Sequence record: ON529860.1
DNA: 64,000 nt
Reading direction: 5' to 3' (one strand)
A program made the translations under genes and the position numbers. How positions within the stretch are numbered: the first letter of the stretch is position 1; the number at the start of each line of letters is the position of its first letter. The notes under the pieces were generated by a model. That model was not told the DNA's origin. It saw only the letters and a list, made by a program, of their open reading frames with translations, and ran no database searches. Positions 34,027-43,651 of this stretch are shown in pieces.

Positions 34027-34637
34027 GCGGGCATCTCGGTGAAGACGTCTTCGGTCAGGCGATAGGAGCGCCGCGAGACAATCCGCAGGGGCTCGTCGCC
34101 CCGGCGGTAGTCGCCGCACCTGGCTTTCGCCAAGGCGAGGGAATGGAATTCCACCACGTCGCCGAGGCTCAGGCCGATGTCCCGCCACTCGTCGCCGACC
34201 TTGCGTTGCACGAAATGGGTTTCGTCCCACTGGCTTCGGCCCTGGGGCCGAACGACCGGCAGCGTCGGGTTCTGGATATGGGCGACGAGCGCCTTCAACG
34301 CCCGGTCCAGATCGGGCGCCGAGTCGAGGTCGCCTTCATCGTCCGGCGGCGGCGGCGTGTCCCAGCTAAAGGCGGCCGTGCCGCGCATGAGGGTGGAGAG
34401 GTCCAGCGTTTCCAGGACCTTCAGCGCCAGGCTGGCGTGTTCCAAGTAGGCGGTCCAGGCCGGTCCGCCCATGTCCACCTTCCGTTTCGGATTGTAGTCG
34501 AACCAGTGTTCGTCCTCATGATGCCCCTCGGCCAGGCAGATGGCGCGCGCCATCTTCTCCAGCGCCGGATGGATCGTCGTGATGTCGACCAGGGGCTCGC
34601 GCGGGACGGCGCAGGGCGGCGGCGCGTCAGCGGCCAT
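34023..34637 (-). CDS. hypothetical protein (204 aa)
   Basis: packed run; LEKMARAIC motif. Confidence 0.7.
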   Translation of the reverse strand: MAADAPPPCAVPREPLVDITTIHPALEKMARAICLAEGHHEDEHWFDYNPKRKVDMGGPAWTAYLEHASLALKVLETLDLSTLMRGTAAFSWDTPPPPDDEGDLDSAPDLDRALKALVAHIQNPTLPVVRPQGRSQWDETHFVQRKVGDEWRDIGLSLGDVVEFHSLALAKARCGDYRRGDEPLRIVSRRSYRLTEDVFTEMPA

Positions 34638-35229
34638 GGAGCGCTTCCTTATGTTGATCGAGAAAGGCTTGGGCGGAGGCCCCGGCGGCGGATTGCTGCG
34701 CCCCTTGGCCGCCGCCCTGGGCGATCGCCGTCAGCACGCCGAGGGCGCGATCCAGCAAGGTCGCTTCATGATAGGCGCGGTAAGCCATCTGCAAGGTTTG
34801 GGTCAGCAGGGTGCTTTCGCTGCGCTCCCACCCCCGGTGCTGATCCAGCAGGGTGAGGAGGCCCGCCTTGTCGTGCTGGATGAGGTCCAGCAGGGCGTCG
34901 GGCGTCATCCAACCTTCGCGGTCGATGCGCACAAAGGCCGCATGGGTGTCTCTCGCGGTGATGCTGACGTTGGTCCCGCCGACATGGTTGGTGCGGATGG
35001 TCAGGGCGTTGGTGTCGCGGATCACGAAGCCGAGGCTGGTCGAGCCGTCGGCGGCGAAGGCTCGAACGGTGACGTCGGACCCTTCATCCTGCTCGATTTC
35101 CGGCTCCAGATAAAGGACGAGGTCGCCGCCGGCGCAGGCCGGGCAAGGCTTCATCACCGGACCGTGGTCGGTCGGGACCTTGATCTCGCGATGGTCGCCG
35201 CAGAGGCGGCAGCGGACGTCAGCACCCAT
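34627..35229 (-). CDS. hypothetical protein with N-terminal zinc finger
   Basis: CRLC...CPAC; SD GGAG. Confidence 0.7.
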   Translation of the reverse strand: MGADVRCRLCGDHREIKVPTDHGPVMKPCPACAGGDLVLYLEPEIEQDEGSDVTVRAFAADGSTSLGFVIRDTNALTIRTNHVGGTNVSITARDTHAAFVRIDREGWMTPDALLDLIQHDKAGLLTLLDQHRGWERSESTLLTQTLQMAYRAYHEATLLDRALGVLTAIAQGGGQGAQQSAAGASAQAFLDQHKEALHGR

Positions 35230-35431
35230 GACGGCTCTCCTGGATGATCAGGGCCATGTGCTCCGCCTGGGCCTGTCGCAGGCGTTCGGCCGCCTCGGTC
35301 ATGCGACTGGGCTGGGCCACCACCATGGCGTCGATCGCCGCCGAGACCCGATCCCAGGACGCGATCACAACGTCGGGCACGCGGCGGTAGGATCGCGGCG
35401 GGACTCCGCCCATGCCGTCGCCGCCGGTCAT
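35219..35431 (-). CDS. hypothetical protein (70 aa)
   Basis: ATGA overlap. Confidence 0.55.
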   Translation of the reverse strand: MTGGDGMGGVPPRSYRRVPDVVIASWDRVSAAIDAMVVAQPSRMTEAAERLRQAQAEHMALIIQESRHGC

Positions 35432-35661
35432 TCCACCAGCTTCCGGTCGATCCAGTAGACGTCGTCGTCGCGCGACGACGTCGCCTTGATGACGTAGCCG
35501 ATCAGGTCGCCGTTGTGGCGCCAGTCGACGCGCGGCGGCAGGCCCGGCACGGGATTCTCGAAGGCGAGGCCGCCGTGGCGCATCTCGTAGCGGCGGACGG
35601 CGTCATGGAAGGCGCGCTTGCCGATGCGGCGGTAGTCGGTACGGATCATGGTCTGGATCAC
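35428..35661 (-). CDS. hypothetical protein
   Basis: start moved to GTG overlapping upstream TGA. Confidence 0.6.
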   Translation of the reverse strand: MIQTMIRTDYRRIGKRAFHDAVRRYEMRHGGLAFENPVPGLPPRVDWRHNGDLIGYVIKATSSRDDDVYWIDRKLVE

Positions 35662-36449
35662 GAGCGCTGCGCCTGCGCGAAGATGACGTCCACGGAGCAG
35701 TCGTCGCACAGGGTGACGCCGTCCACGATGTTCTCGTTGCCCAGGGCGCCGCCGCGCGCGCCGTGGCAGCGCTTGCAGTTGTCGGGACCAGGGGCCACGG
35801 ACAGGCTGCTCGCCAGTCCGCCGGCGTTCTCCAGGTCGGTGTGGATTGTATCGAACAGGGCGCGCTCGCCGTCCTGGAGGTGCAGGGCGTCCTCCACCTG
35901 GAAGAGGTCATCACGGGCGCTCTGGATCAGGGTCGCGGCCTCGGCCGCCATGGCGGCGTGCTTCTCCAGCGGCTCCAGGGTGCGGGCGATCCGCATCGAC
36001 ATGATCAGGTCCGACTGGGCCTTGTCCCGCAGGTCGGCCGGCACGCGGTCTTCCTGGAGGGCGCGTTCCAGATCAACCGCCCATTGACGGTGATGGGTGA
36101 CGATCTCGGCCAGGGTCAGCGGCGGGACCTTGTCCTCGGCGCGCCCCGGCAGATAGCCCATCTGGGTCTGGATGCCGTCCGGATAGCCCAACGCCTTGTC
36201 GCGGGCCGACATGCGCGGCGCCGGCTGGGGGTTCTTGGGGTCGTGCAGCGGCCGCGCGACGGCGTCCTCCAACTTGCGGAAGACGTCGACGAAGTCGCGT
36301 TCCTCCGACCACAACAAGGCCTGGCCGACGGAAACCGGAAGACCGTTGACGTAGGAGACCTCGTGCAGGCCGAATTCCATGCCGTCCTCGGTCTGATAAC
36401 CCACCACGCGGTAGCCCCAGGTGTGCGTCGGTTCCACTTCATCAGCCAT
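35658..36449 (-). CDS. multi-domain hypothetical protein
   Basis: N-terminal WGYRV...GLHEVSY module; C-terminal CKRCHG...LCDDC. Confidence 0.75.
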   Translation of the reverse strand: MADEVEPTHTWGYRVVGYQTEDGMEFGLHEVSYVNGLPVSVGQALLWSEERDFVDVFRKLEDAVARPLHDPKNPQPAPRMSARDKALGYPDGIQTQMGYLPGRAEDKVPPLTLAEIVTHHRQWAVDLERALQEDRVPADLRDKAQSDLIMSMRIARTLEPLEKHAAMAAEAATLIQSARDDLFQVEDALHLQDGERALFDTIHTDLENAGGLASSLSVAPGPDNCKRCHGARGGALGNENIVDGVTLCDDCSVDVIFAQAQRS

Positions 36450-36588
36450 GCAGATACATCTCCTTGTCGTCGTAGCGGCTCCAATGGAGCCCGGCGTAGA
36501 CCGCCAGCGCGAGAGGGATCGCCACCACCAGAAGAACCAGGGCCGCTGGGATCATCCACAGCAGGTTGAGGGCTTCGAGATCGGTCAC
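36442..36588 (-). CDS. 48-aa single-TM peptide (not in ORF track)
   Basis: GTG with SD AGGGAG; MTDLEALNLLWMIPAALVLLVVAIPLALAVYAG... Confidence 0.65.
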   Translation of the reverse strand: MTDLEALNLLWMIPAALVLLVVAIPLALAVYAGLHWSRYDDKEMYLHG

Positions 36589-36663
36589 GGTCGTCTCCCT
36601 TATCATTTTGTTACGACCACGCTAGTCTGTGCCGCCAATCCTGACAAGAGGCGCCAGCGATTT

Positions 36664-36885
36664 TTAAGTCCAGCCGATCGCCTTGCTGAGTTCGGGCGTC
36701 CAGTCGCCCAGGGCGCGGAACCGCGCCTGGATGCGTTCCAGGATGGCGATCTCGGCGTCGAGGACCTCATGAAAGTCGTCGCGGCCCAGGGCATGGTTGG
36801 CGGGGGACGGCAGATGCCGCAGCCAGCGGCCCAACTGCATCTTGTCGGCCGCCTCGACCTGATCTGGCGTCGGATAGCGGCTCAT
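36664..36885 (-). CDS. hypothetical protein (73 aa)
   Basis: start moved to MSRYPTPD; GGW/GDWTPELSK.IGW-type C-terminus. Confidence 0.7.
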   Translation of the reverse strand: MSRYPTPDQVEAADKMQLGRWLRHLPSPANHALGRDDFHEVLDAEIAILERIQARFRALGDWTPELSKAIGWT

Positions 36886-37511
36886 GCGCACGCTCGCCAT
36901 TCCGCGTGCTCGCGCAGGATCGCCGCCACTTCCCGCTCCTGCGGAGTTTCCGCATAGAGGGCGTCATGGCGCCGGCGCTCGACCCAGGATGCGGGCGGCC
37001 GGTAGGCCGCCAGCGCCTTGATGAAGAAGGGTGCGATCTCGTCCCACTCTATATAACCGTCCAGCGGATGGACGCTGGTGCGGCGATGCTCGGCGTGGGG
37101 ATGCTTGTTGACGCCGGCGTCGATCGCGCCGTCCCGACTATGCGGGTGCAGGCCGATGCGAACGCGGGCGCCGCGATACCGGGCGTAGAAGACCGTGCCG
37201 TCGGACAGTCGCCCTTCCCACTGACTGGGGCAGACCCGACAGGTCTGGACGACCTCAGCGAACACGTCGGGGTCCAGGCGGAAGTCACGCACGTCGAAGC
37301 GCGTCCAACTGAAGCCGAGGTGCTTGTGGATCGCCCGGCTGCGGCGTCCAGGACGGGCCTGGGCGGTCATCGAATGGAACTGGGCGAAGACCGACCGCGC
37401 CAACAGGGCGGCAGGCGCGTTGCGCCAGGCCCGTGAAGGTTCGTTTCGAATCAGCGCGCGCTGCCCACGCAGATGAGGGATCGGGCCGACATAGGTGGCG
37501 ACAACGATCAT
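36882..37511 (-). CDS. two-module hypothetical protein
   Basis: YVGPI..LRG.RAL module plus QTC.VCPSQWEG..SDG...YARYR module. Confidence 0.75.
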   Translation of the reverse strand: MIVVATYVGPIPHLRGQRALIRNEPSRAWRNAPAALLARSVFAQFHSMTAQARPGRRSRAIHKHLGFSWTRFDVRDFRLDPDVFAEVVQTCRVCPSQWEGRLSDGTVFYARYRGARVRIGLHPHSRDGAIDAGVNKHPHAEHRRTSVHPLDGYIEWDEIAPFFIKALAAYRPPASWVERRRHDALYAETPQEREVAAILREHAEWRACA

Positions 37512-38008
37512 TGCTTGGCTTTCAAATGCCGCTCGACGCTCGGCGGCACGAGCCAGGACATGTCCTCGCCGATACGCGCGAGTTCACGCGCCATGCTGGA
37601 GGAGACGTGCAGGTAGTCCGACTGGCAGATCAGATAGACCATAGGCAGGTCCGGGGCGATCCGTTCCATGACGCCGTGAATACCGAACTCGTCGTTGAAA
37701 TCGCTGGCCTGGCGGAAGGCGCGCACGAGGTGGGTCGCTTCCACGGACCGGGCGGCGGCCGCCAGGCTGCCTTCGAAGGCGAGCGTAAAGATGCGCGACG
37801 CGTCCTCGGGGAACTGCGCCTGGCATGCCTCGTAGGCCATAAAGGACCGTTCTTTGGGATCGAACAGCCCCTGTTTGGCGGCGTTGCTGCCCACCGCCAC
37901 ATACAGAACGTCAAAGACGGTCAGGGCCTGCCGGATCACGTCGAGGTGCCCCCGCGTGATCGGATCAAACGACCCAGCGTAAAAGCCGATTTTCAGGTCA
38001 CGGCTCAT
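37508..38008 (-). CDS. coaD: phosphopantetheine adenylyltransferase-like nucleotidyltransferase
   Basis: YAGSFDPITRGHLDVI.QA..VFD.L.VAV..N..K..LF...ER; DF..E; VSSSMAREL. Confidence 0.88.
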   Translation of the reverse strand: MSRDLKIGFYAGSFDPITRGHLDVIRQALTVFDVLYVAVGSNAAKQGLFDPKERSFMAYEACQAQFPEDASRIFTLAFEGSLAAAARSVEATHLVRAFRQASDFNDEFGIHGVMERIAPDLPMVYLICQSDYLHVSSSMARELARIGEDMSWLVPPSVERHLKAKQ

Positions 38009-38250
38009 GACGACTTCCAGCCTTCCCAGAAGTTCGCGGTCTCGCCCGTCCCCCGGAAGACCCTGATGTCCTCAATGCGATGCTCGTCTTCGTCGAGGCA
38101 GACGCTGTCCGGGGCGCCTGGGCGCATGTGCCAGGGCGACGCTAGGCGCGCGGCCTGAATCGCCTCGCCCCGCGTCAAACCCTTGATCAGCGAAACCTGC
38201 CCGCCTTCAGTCTTGGTGAAGAGGCACCAATCCGCGACGTCGCCGCTCAC
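38005..38250 (-). CDS. hypothetical protein (81 aa)
   Basis: start moved to GTG of MSGDVADW (GTGA overlap). Confidence 0.65.
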   Translation of the reverse strand: MSGDVADWCLFTKTEGGQVSLIKGLTRGEAIQAARLASPWHMRPGAPDSVCLDEDEHRIEDIRVFRGTGETANFWEGWKSS

Positions 38251-38675
38251 GGATGCAGGTCCAGCGGCGCCACGGCGCGTTCGATGGCGATCTTCGGGCC
38301 GAAGATGTAGGCGCAGGTGTCCAGCGGGAACAGATGCACCACCGAGCCGTCCAGCAGCGGGTAGGACGGATCGTTGACCACGGCGCAGGGGAAGCCCAGG
38401 CGGGTGGCGATCGCCAGCGCCTCGTTCATCTGCCGGTTGTCGCAGCCCATCGTGAGCACGGTGCCGAAACCGCGCGACTCGGCCCAGTCCCGAAGCCAGT
38501 TCTGTTGCGTGACCGTCCAGGTCTGGCGATCCTTCAGCGCCATCTGGGTGCCGGCGTGGTGCGACTGGGCATGACCCTTGCCCGCGTTCATCGACGCCAT
38601 GTCGGTGCGCATCAGCAGGTAGACGCACAGCAGTTCGGGAGCGGCGCCTTCGGGTGGCGTAGTCTGGTCGATCAA
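38247..38675 (-). CDS. Pth2-type peptidyl-tRNA hydrolase
   Basis: YLLMRTDM..MNAGK..AQSHHA, VVND, IFGP pattern of the PTH2 family. Confidence 0.75.
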   Translation of the reverse strand: MIDQTTPPEGAAPELLCVYLLMRTDMASMNAGKGHAQSHHAGTQMALKDRQTWTVTQQNWLRDWAESRGFGTVLTMGCDNRQMNEALAIATRLGFPCAVVNDPSYPLLDGSVVHLFPLDTCAYIFGPKIAIERAVAPLDLHP

Positions 38676-38971
38676 GCTTCATGTCCTTGCAGGGCGGGGA
38701 AGGCGTCGATCAACGCATTCGCCAGCCGGGTTTTCGAACCCCCCAGCGGACCGGGGTAAAAATGGTGGTAGATGACCTGCTCCAGGGTCTCGACCAGCGC
38801 CGGGCCGGCGGCGGCCGGCGGGCGCATCAACGCGGCGACGACCGCCTCGCGATGCTCCAGCACGAAGAGCGCCAGGACTTCTCGCGCGTCGAGGTCTTCG
38901 GAAGACGGGGCCGCGTCGCACGCCGCCATCAGCGACCTCAGCTTCTCGACCCGTTTCAGATCAATCGGCAT
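38672..38971 (-). CDS. hypothetical protein
   Basis: start moved to MPIDLKRV. Confidence 0.65.
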   Translation of the reverse strand: MPIDLKRVEKLRSLMAACDAAPSSEDLDAREVLALFVLEHREAVVAALMRPPAAAGPALVETLEQVIYHHFYPGPLGGSKTRLANALIDAFPALQGHEA

Positions 38972-39497
38972 CGGGGTGTTCCTGGGCGCCAGGCGTCTTA
39001 GGCATCGGCGCCCAGAGGCTCGGCGCCGGACCGTCCCAAGGGACGCACCGATCATCGTCGGCGTGATACCAGGTCCACTCGTACTCCTGCCCAAACCAGT
39101 GTGCGCCGGAACCGGTGAACGCCGTCCATTCCTCCAGCGTGCCCCAGCGAGTGACCATGCCGGAAAGCGGGGTCGCCCAGTCGGGACCACAGAAGAGGAC
39201 ATCGGCCTGATGCCCGACGGCGCATGGTGCGCGATCGAGCAAGCGGTGCCAGGTCGAGGGGCGTCCGTAGAGGCGGTCGCGTGCGTCCTGCACGAACTCC
39301 GAACACTGGCGGCCCGAGAAGGGCGCGGCCGGGTGCTCGCGTAGATGCGCCGCGATCGTCGTCATCGCGTCATAGTCGTGCTGGTTCTGGTCGAACCGCC
39401 CCGCCAAGTCTCGGGCGATGGCGACCTGATCCGCCGCAGGCGAGAGCCTTACGTTGACCATGGGCGTGACCAGATTCATGCGGTCCTGGATGCTCAT
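38961..39497 (-). CDS. hypothetical protein
   Basis: start moved to MSIQDRMN; C-terminal WHRLLDRAP..V.....VL...GP.LWAPMP resembles Lar/ead-type small domains. Confidence 0.7.
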   Translation of the reverse strand: MSIQDRMNLVTPMVNVRLSPAADQVAIARDLAGRFDQNQHDYDAMTTIAAHLREHPAAPFSGRQCSEFVQDARDRLYGRPSTWHRLLDRAPCAVGHQADVLFCGPDWATPLSGMVTRWGTLEEWTAFTGSGAHWFGQEYEWTWYHADDDRCVPWDGPAPSLWAPMPKTPGAQEHPDAD

Positions 39498-39670
39498 GCG
39501 CACACACACTGGCCCAGCAGCAGGCGCGCGCGCTGGGCGCGTTCGGCGGCACTCGGAATCGCCTGGCGCTTGCCGTGCTCCTGACGGCGACGCGGCGGGA
39601 GGACGGGACTCTGGACAAAGGCTTCAAAAGCCTCGTCGCGGCCGGGGATGGTGTAGGTCGTCGAGTGCAA
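39494..39670 (-). CDS. 58-aa hypothetical protein (not in ORF track)
   Basis: TTG start after SD GAGGAGG downstream of promoter 39700-39725; its TGA overlaps the next ATG. Confidence 0.55.
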   Translation of the reverse strand: MHSTTYTIPGRDEAFEAFVQSPVLPPRRRQEHGKRQAIPSAAERAQRARLLLGQCVCA

Positions 39671-39699
39671 TAGGTCCTCCTCAAATCGTCGGAGAGGGC

Positions 39700-39725
39700 G
39701 TAAAGGAACGATCAGCGACTGTCAA
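39700..39725 (-). promoter_or_regulatory. conserved phage promoter copy 11
   Basis: GTAAAGGAACGATCAGCGACTGTCAA. Confidence 0.8.
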
Positions 39726-40189
39726 CCATCCTGACTCACTTTCGGACGCCGGCGCGCCTCCTTCTCAGCCCGACGCCATTCGCTGATGTCACGGGCGATC
39801 TCGATGGTGTTCTCGGCGCAAACCTTCTGGCCCACGACCTTGACCAGGGCCTCGACCTCGTGGCGCTTGAGGTCCAGAGCGCACTTCATCGCCCGCACGA
39901 ACCGCTCGAATTCCATGCTGGTCCGCTCACTCGCCACATAGAGGCGGATGATGATTTCGATTTCCTCGGTGCTGGCGGTCGGTTTCAGGCGGGCGACGCA
40001 ATCCAGCCGGTAACACTCTTCGATGTAGCGCCCAAGCAGGGACAGGTTGAAGCGTCCGTCCAGACCGATGTCGTGGTCGTCTTCCTCCCAGACGTGCGGC
40101 GCGCGCGACGGCAGGATCGCGTCGCGGTAAAGGGCGAACGCGCGGCGCAGGACTTCGGGCGTGATGTGGGTCGGGTCAAGCAGGTTCAA
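39722..40189 (-). CDS. hypothetical protein
   Basis: start moved to TTG (TTGA overlap). Confidence 0.65.
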   Translation of the reverse strand: MNLLDPTHITPEVLRRAFALYRDAILPSRAPHVWEEDDHDIGLDGRFNLSLLGRYIEECYRLDCVARLKPTASTEEIEIIIRLYVASERTSMEFERFVRAMKCALDLKRHEVEALVKVVGQKVCAENTIEIARDISEWRRAEKEARRRPKVSQDG

Positions 40190-40398
40190 CGACGCGCCTC
40201 CAGAAGCCGCAGCGCTTCTTCGAGCGCCTGCGAGCGTTTGACAAATGCCTTGTCGCTGATTTCTCCGGCGAGGTAGGCGTCGTGGGCCTGGCGCAGGCGC
40301 GTCAGGAGGAGACGACGGACGCGGTCGAGGTTCGCCTGACGATACCACCGCCAGCCGAACCACGCCCCGACCACCAGGAGGATCAACGGTTCAGCCAT
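40186..40398 (-). CDS. small single-TM protein (70 aa)
   Basis: SD GGAGGAG; N-terminal hydrophobic helix. Confidence 0.75.
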   Translation of the reverse strand: MAEPLILLVVGAWFGWRWYRQANLDRVRRLLLTRLRQAHDAYLAGEISDKAFVKRSQALEEALRLLEARR

Positions 40399-40431
40399 GT
40401 TCTCCTCCTACTCTACGTCAAAAACGGTCGC

Positions 40432-40797
40432 CTAGTTCGTGAAGCCCTCTGATTCGGCCCTACGGTCATTGTAGGCCTGCATCCAGGGATTCGCCGCGTA
40501 ACGCCAGGTCCAGGGAGTTTCACCTGGTTTCGCCCCGTTGAAAGCGCACAACCATTTATAGGCGCGCGCTGACAACGGGTAGTTGTAAGCTTCACCGGTC
40601 CGCCCGCCAAGCCTAAAACTGGCGTGAATCTGTTCCGGCGTCAGATTTGCGGGCTCGTCACGACCCACCTTGATCTTGATCTCCGGAGCATGAACGTCCG
40701 ATGACTCCGGCGGCTCCACGCTCCACCCGGCTTTTCGCAGCAGCTTGATGGCCGCCTTGAGGTCTGCATTCATGTCGCCCGCCTCAATTCGGTTCAA
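40432..40797 (-). CDS. hypothetical protein
   Basis: packed run; somewhat lower GC. Confidence 0.6.
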   Translation of the reverse strand: MNRIEAGDMNADLKAAIKLLRKAGWSVEPPESSDVHAPEIKIKVGRDEPANLTPEQIHASFRLGGRTGEAYNYPLSARAYKWLCAFNGAKPGETPWTWRYAANPWMQAYNDRRAESEGFTN

Positions 40798-41069
40798 TAT
40801 GAGTAGCCATCATCGACCTCGGTCAGGGGATGGGACTCCTCCAGCATCTCCAGAGCGCGTGTGCGCCAGCGCGCCCGCTCCTGCCGCTCCAGTTCCGCCC
40901 ACGGGGCGTAAGAGGCGGTGGCGACAACGGCGGCGCGAACCTGATTATCCTGGGTCGACAGCCCGCCGCTGTACCAGGACGCCCTGCCCTTGTCGAAAGA
41001 CCGGCAATCGCTCTCGTAAAGGGCGATCGCCACCATTTCGATGTCTGCCCGTGTCGGCGCCTCGGTCAT
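40794..41069 (-). CDS. hypothetical protein
   Basis: start moved to MTEAPTRA (ATGA overlap). Confidence 0.65.
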   Translation of the reverse strand: MTEAPTRADIEMVAIALYESDCRSFDKGRASWYSGGLSTQDNQVRAAVVATASYAPWAELERQERARWRTRALEMLEESHPLTEVDDGYSY

Positions 41070-41449
41070 TGGACGACGTCCGGCGCCGGGACGATAGGCT
41101 GGGTCACGGCCGCATACTGGTTCATGAAGGCCGACACCAGGGAGGCGTCCTCCAGGGTGGCGTGGAAGGTGTAGACGCCCAGTCGCCAACGATCCTTGTC
41201 CGCCTTGATCTCAGCGGTCACGACGCCGTCGCCGGCCTCGGGCACGCCGGTGCGCACCCACGTCAACACGTCTTCCTTGATCCGGTCCCCCAGCCAGCGC
41301 GCCTCGCCTTCGGTGACGATGTCCTCAATCACCATGATCGCCAGGATGTGATCGTTCGGCCCCTTCATGACGCCGACCTTGATAGACTGGTCGGCGACGG
41401 TGAAGTGTTCCGCGTCGTCGAGGTGCTTGGTCAGATCATGTGTCAGCAT
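41066..41449 (-). CDS. hypothetical protein (127 aa)
   Basis: SD GGGAG. Confidence 0.7.
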   Translation of the reverse strand: MLTHDLTKHLDDAEHFTVADQSIKVGVMKGPNDHILAIMVIEDIVTEGEARWLGDRIKEDVLTWVRTGVPEAGDGVVTAEIKADKDRWRLGVYTFHATLEDASLVSAFMNQYAAVTQPIVPAPDVVQ

Positions 41450-41903
41450 TGCGGGTGCTCCCCGCCAGGCGGGCGAACCAGCCGGGCTTCTTGACGTCGG
41501 GCGCCGGCGCTGCGGCGGGTTGAGGATGGTCGGGCACCCCGAAGGCGCGGGGGCTGAGCCCGCCGACCGTGACAGGCTTCACCGTAGGTTTGTGGCCCAG
41601 CTTGGCGATTCGGTCCAGTTCCTTTCGGACATCCTTCCACAGGTGATCCTCATCGAAGTAGATTTCCCCGACCACGCGACATTCCGCACGCCGGCGCACC
41701 AGGATGCCCATGCAGAACAGCCAGAACTCATCCCGCGCCTGGCGCTTCAGATAGTCGGAGTGACCGGTGAACAGCGTCTGCTGCTCGAACATGATGTCGA
41801 AGGCAGAGAAACCGGTCTTGCCGTGTTCGGGGCACTCCCAAAGGCGCGGCGCCATGTCGCCGGCGCTCGCCTTGGCGCTGCACACGCAAGGGACCCGGCC
41901 CAT
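41436..41903 (-). CDS. hypothetical protein with N-terminal Cys cluster
   Basis: CVC...WECPEH. Confidence 0.7.
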   Translation of the reverse strand: MGRVPCVCSAKASAGDMAPRLWECPEHGKTGFSAFDIMFEQQTLFTGHSDYLKRQARDEFWLFCMGILVRRRAECRVVGEIYFDEDHLWKDVRKELDRIAKLGHKPTVKPVTVGGLSPRAFGVPDHPQPAAAPAPDVKKPGWFARLAGSTRNADT

Positions 41904-43651
41904 CAGCGGCGCTCCGCCAGGGCGTGCAGCCGCTGTTCGAGGTCGATCACACGGTCTTCGATGGCGGCGGCCTGGTCTGAGACTTTCTCGGCCGCCGCAT
42001 CCAGCATCACCTTGGTGTCGACCCTGATCTGCTCCATCAGGGCGGACTGACGCGCCTCGATCTGCTCGACTTCATGAGCGCCGTCGTCGAACAACTTCTC
42101 CTGAAGCGTCTTCAAGGCCTTGACCTCGTCCTTCAGGGCCTCGATCTCAAGCGAGTCCTGCGAGGACGTCTCATTGATGTCGGGGCCGTACAGCATGGCC
42201 TCACGCCGTTCCGCCACCCACTCGGCAGGAACCCCCAGAAGGGCCGCCAATGCGGCGTCCGAGAAGTCCCCGGCGTAGTAGCCGCCCTCGCCGTTGCTGG
42301 TGGCGCGGACATAGTGATCGTTCAGCGCCTCGCCGATCTTGATCCGGTCCAGAACGCCGGGGGCCGACGGCGTCACGGTGTTGTCGTGGATAGGCATGGG
42401 AGCCGGTTTGGCGTTCATCGGGGTCTCCGGCTTGGGGGTCTGAGGGGCAGGCTCGACGAGCCGCAGGCGGGGTGGGGCGGACGCGCGCACGGCCTTTGCC
42501 TGTCGGCGCGTTTCGGCTTCGGACTTGCGCGCCTCGTTGCGCTCGGTCCACTCTTCGAGGGACAGGCCCGCCTTGGCGGCGAACTTCATATTGCGCTTGA
42601 GGGACATGCGCGCGACCCGGTCGGCGTGCTCCTCCGGCGTCATGCTGTCCCAGCCTCCGGTGCGCTTGACCCGGTTGGGCGCCTTGCGCGCCGGCGCGGG
42701 CTCCGGTGAGGGGACGACCTCCGTCGGAGCGGCGATGGGTAGGGGTGCGGATTGCTTGGATTTCACGACCGGCAGAGGCGCCTTGCGGGCCTTACCGACC
42801 ATCTTGACGCCTCGACGGTCGTCGCGGGCCTGATCGGAAATCAGCTTGTCGAGCGTCGCCTGGTCCTCAGGCGAGCGTGGCGGCCTCTGGGCGCCGGCCT
42901 GCTTGATCTTGTCGGTCTGCGCCTTGACAAAGGCGGCGCCCAACGCGGTGTCGGGACGAGCGGAGCGGGGCTGCATGGGTTCGGCCTCCTTTGCGGGACG
43001 GGGCTGGGGCATGTCCGTCGCGTTGACCTGCTCCATCAGGGGGATCAGCGTGACGGCTTGTTCGTCCAGTTCCGCCATCAGGGTGTGGATTTGCGCGATT
43101 CGGTCGTCGATCTCGGACAGCATGGCGTCGTCCAGAAGGTGATCGCGCCGGGCGCGCTTCAACGCGGCCTGGAGAAGGACTTCCGCGCGCGTCTGGAAAT
43201 TGGACGGCAGGGCGCGCCCCTGCTCGGCGTGCTCAATCTCCACGGACGCCATAAGGATCGCCAGCAGAGGGAAGTCCTGATAGAGGACGTCATATTCCTT
43301 CTGGCGCGTGTATTCCGGGTCGAGCGCCACGCGGCTTTTCAGCTTCTCGCTGAGGTCCGCCAGCGTTGCCTGGCGCTTGTCCTGAGGCACGCAGGCGATC
43401 TTGCTGCGCGCGGCGCAACTAGGGCAGACGTCCTTGTTGCGGTGGGCGCCCATCTTCCATCCGAGCCTGCGGCGGAACATCTTGGAGCCGGCTTCCGGCG
43501 GCACAGACCCGGCGTTGTTCGGGATCAGGATGGCGCCCTCGGCGTCGCAGTTTCGGCAGAAGGCCAGAATATGCGATTTGTAATCGTCGGTGCCAGGAAC
43601 TTTACGGGTTTCGGTCGGGAACGCGGTACGCGATGACGCTTGACGAATCAT
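41903..43651 (-). CDS. large multi-domain protein (zinc finger, low-complexity linker, HTH-like, coiled coil)
   Basis: CRNC...CPSC; Pro/Ala/Lys linker; SDAALAALLGVPAEWVAERRE; coiled-coil C-terminus. Confidence 0.8.
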   Translation of the reverse strand: MIRQASSRTAFPTETRKVPGTDDYKSHILAFCRNCDAEGAILIPNNAGSVPPEAGSKMFRRRLGWKMGAHRNKDVCPSCAARSKIACVPQDKRQATLADLSEKLKSRVALDPEYTRQKEYDVLYQDFPLLAILMASVEIEHAEQGRALPSNFQTRAEVLLQAALKRARRDHLLDDAMLSEIDDRIAQIHTLMAELDEQAVTLIPLMEQVNATDMPQPRPAKEAEPMQPRSARPDTALGAAFVKAQTDKIKQAGAQRPPRSPEDQATLDKLISDQARDDRRGVKMVGKARKAPLPVVKSKQSAPLPIAAPTEVVPSPEPAPARKAPNRVKRTGGWDSMTPEEHADRVARMSLKRNMKFAAKAGLSLEEWTERNEARKSEAETRRQAKAVRASAPPRLRLVEPAPQTPKPETPMNAKPAPMPIHDNTVTPSAPGVLDRIKIGEALNDHYVRATSNGEGGYYAGDFSDAALAALLGVPAEWVAERREAMLYGPDINETSSQDSLEIEALKDEVKALKTLQEKLFDDGAHEVEQIEARQSALMEQIRVDTKVMLDAAAEKVSDQAAAIEDRVIDLEQRLHALAERR

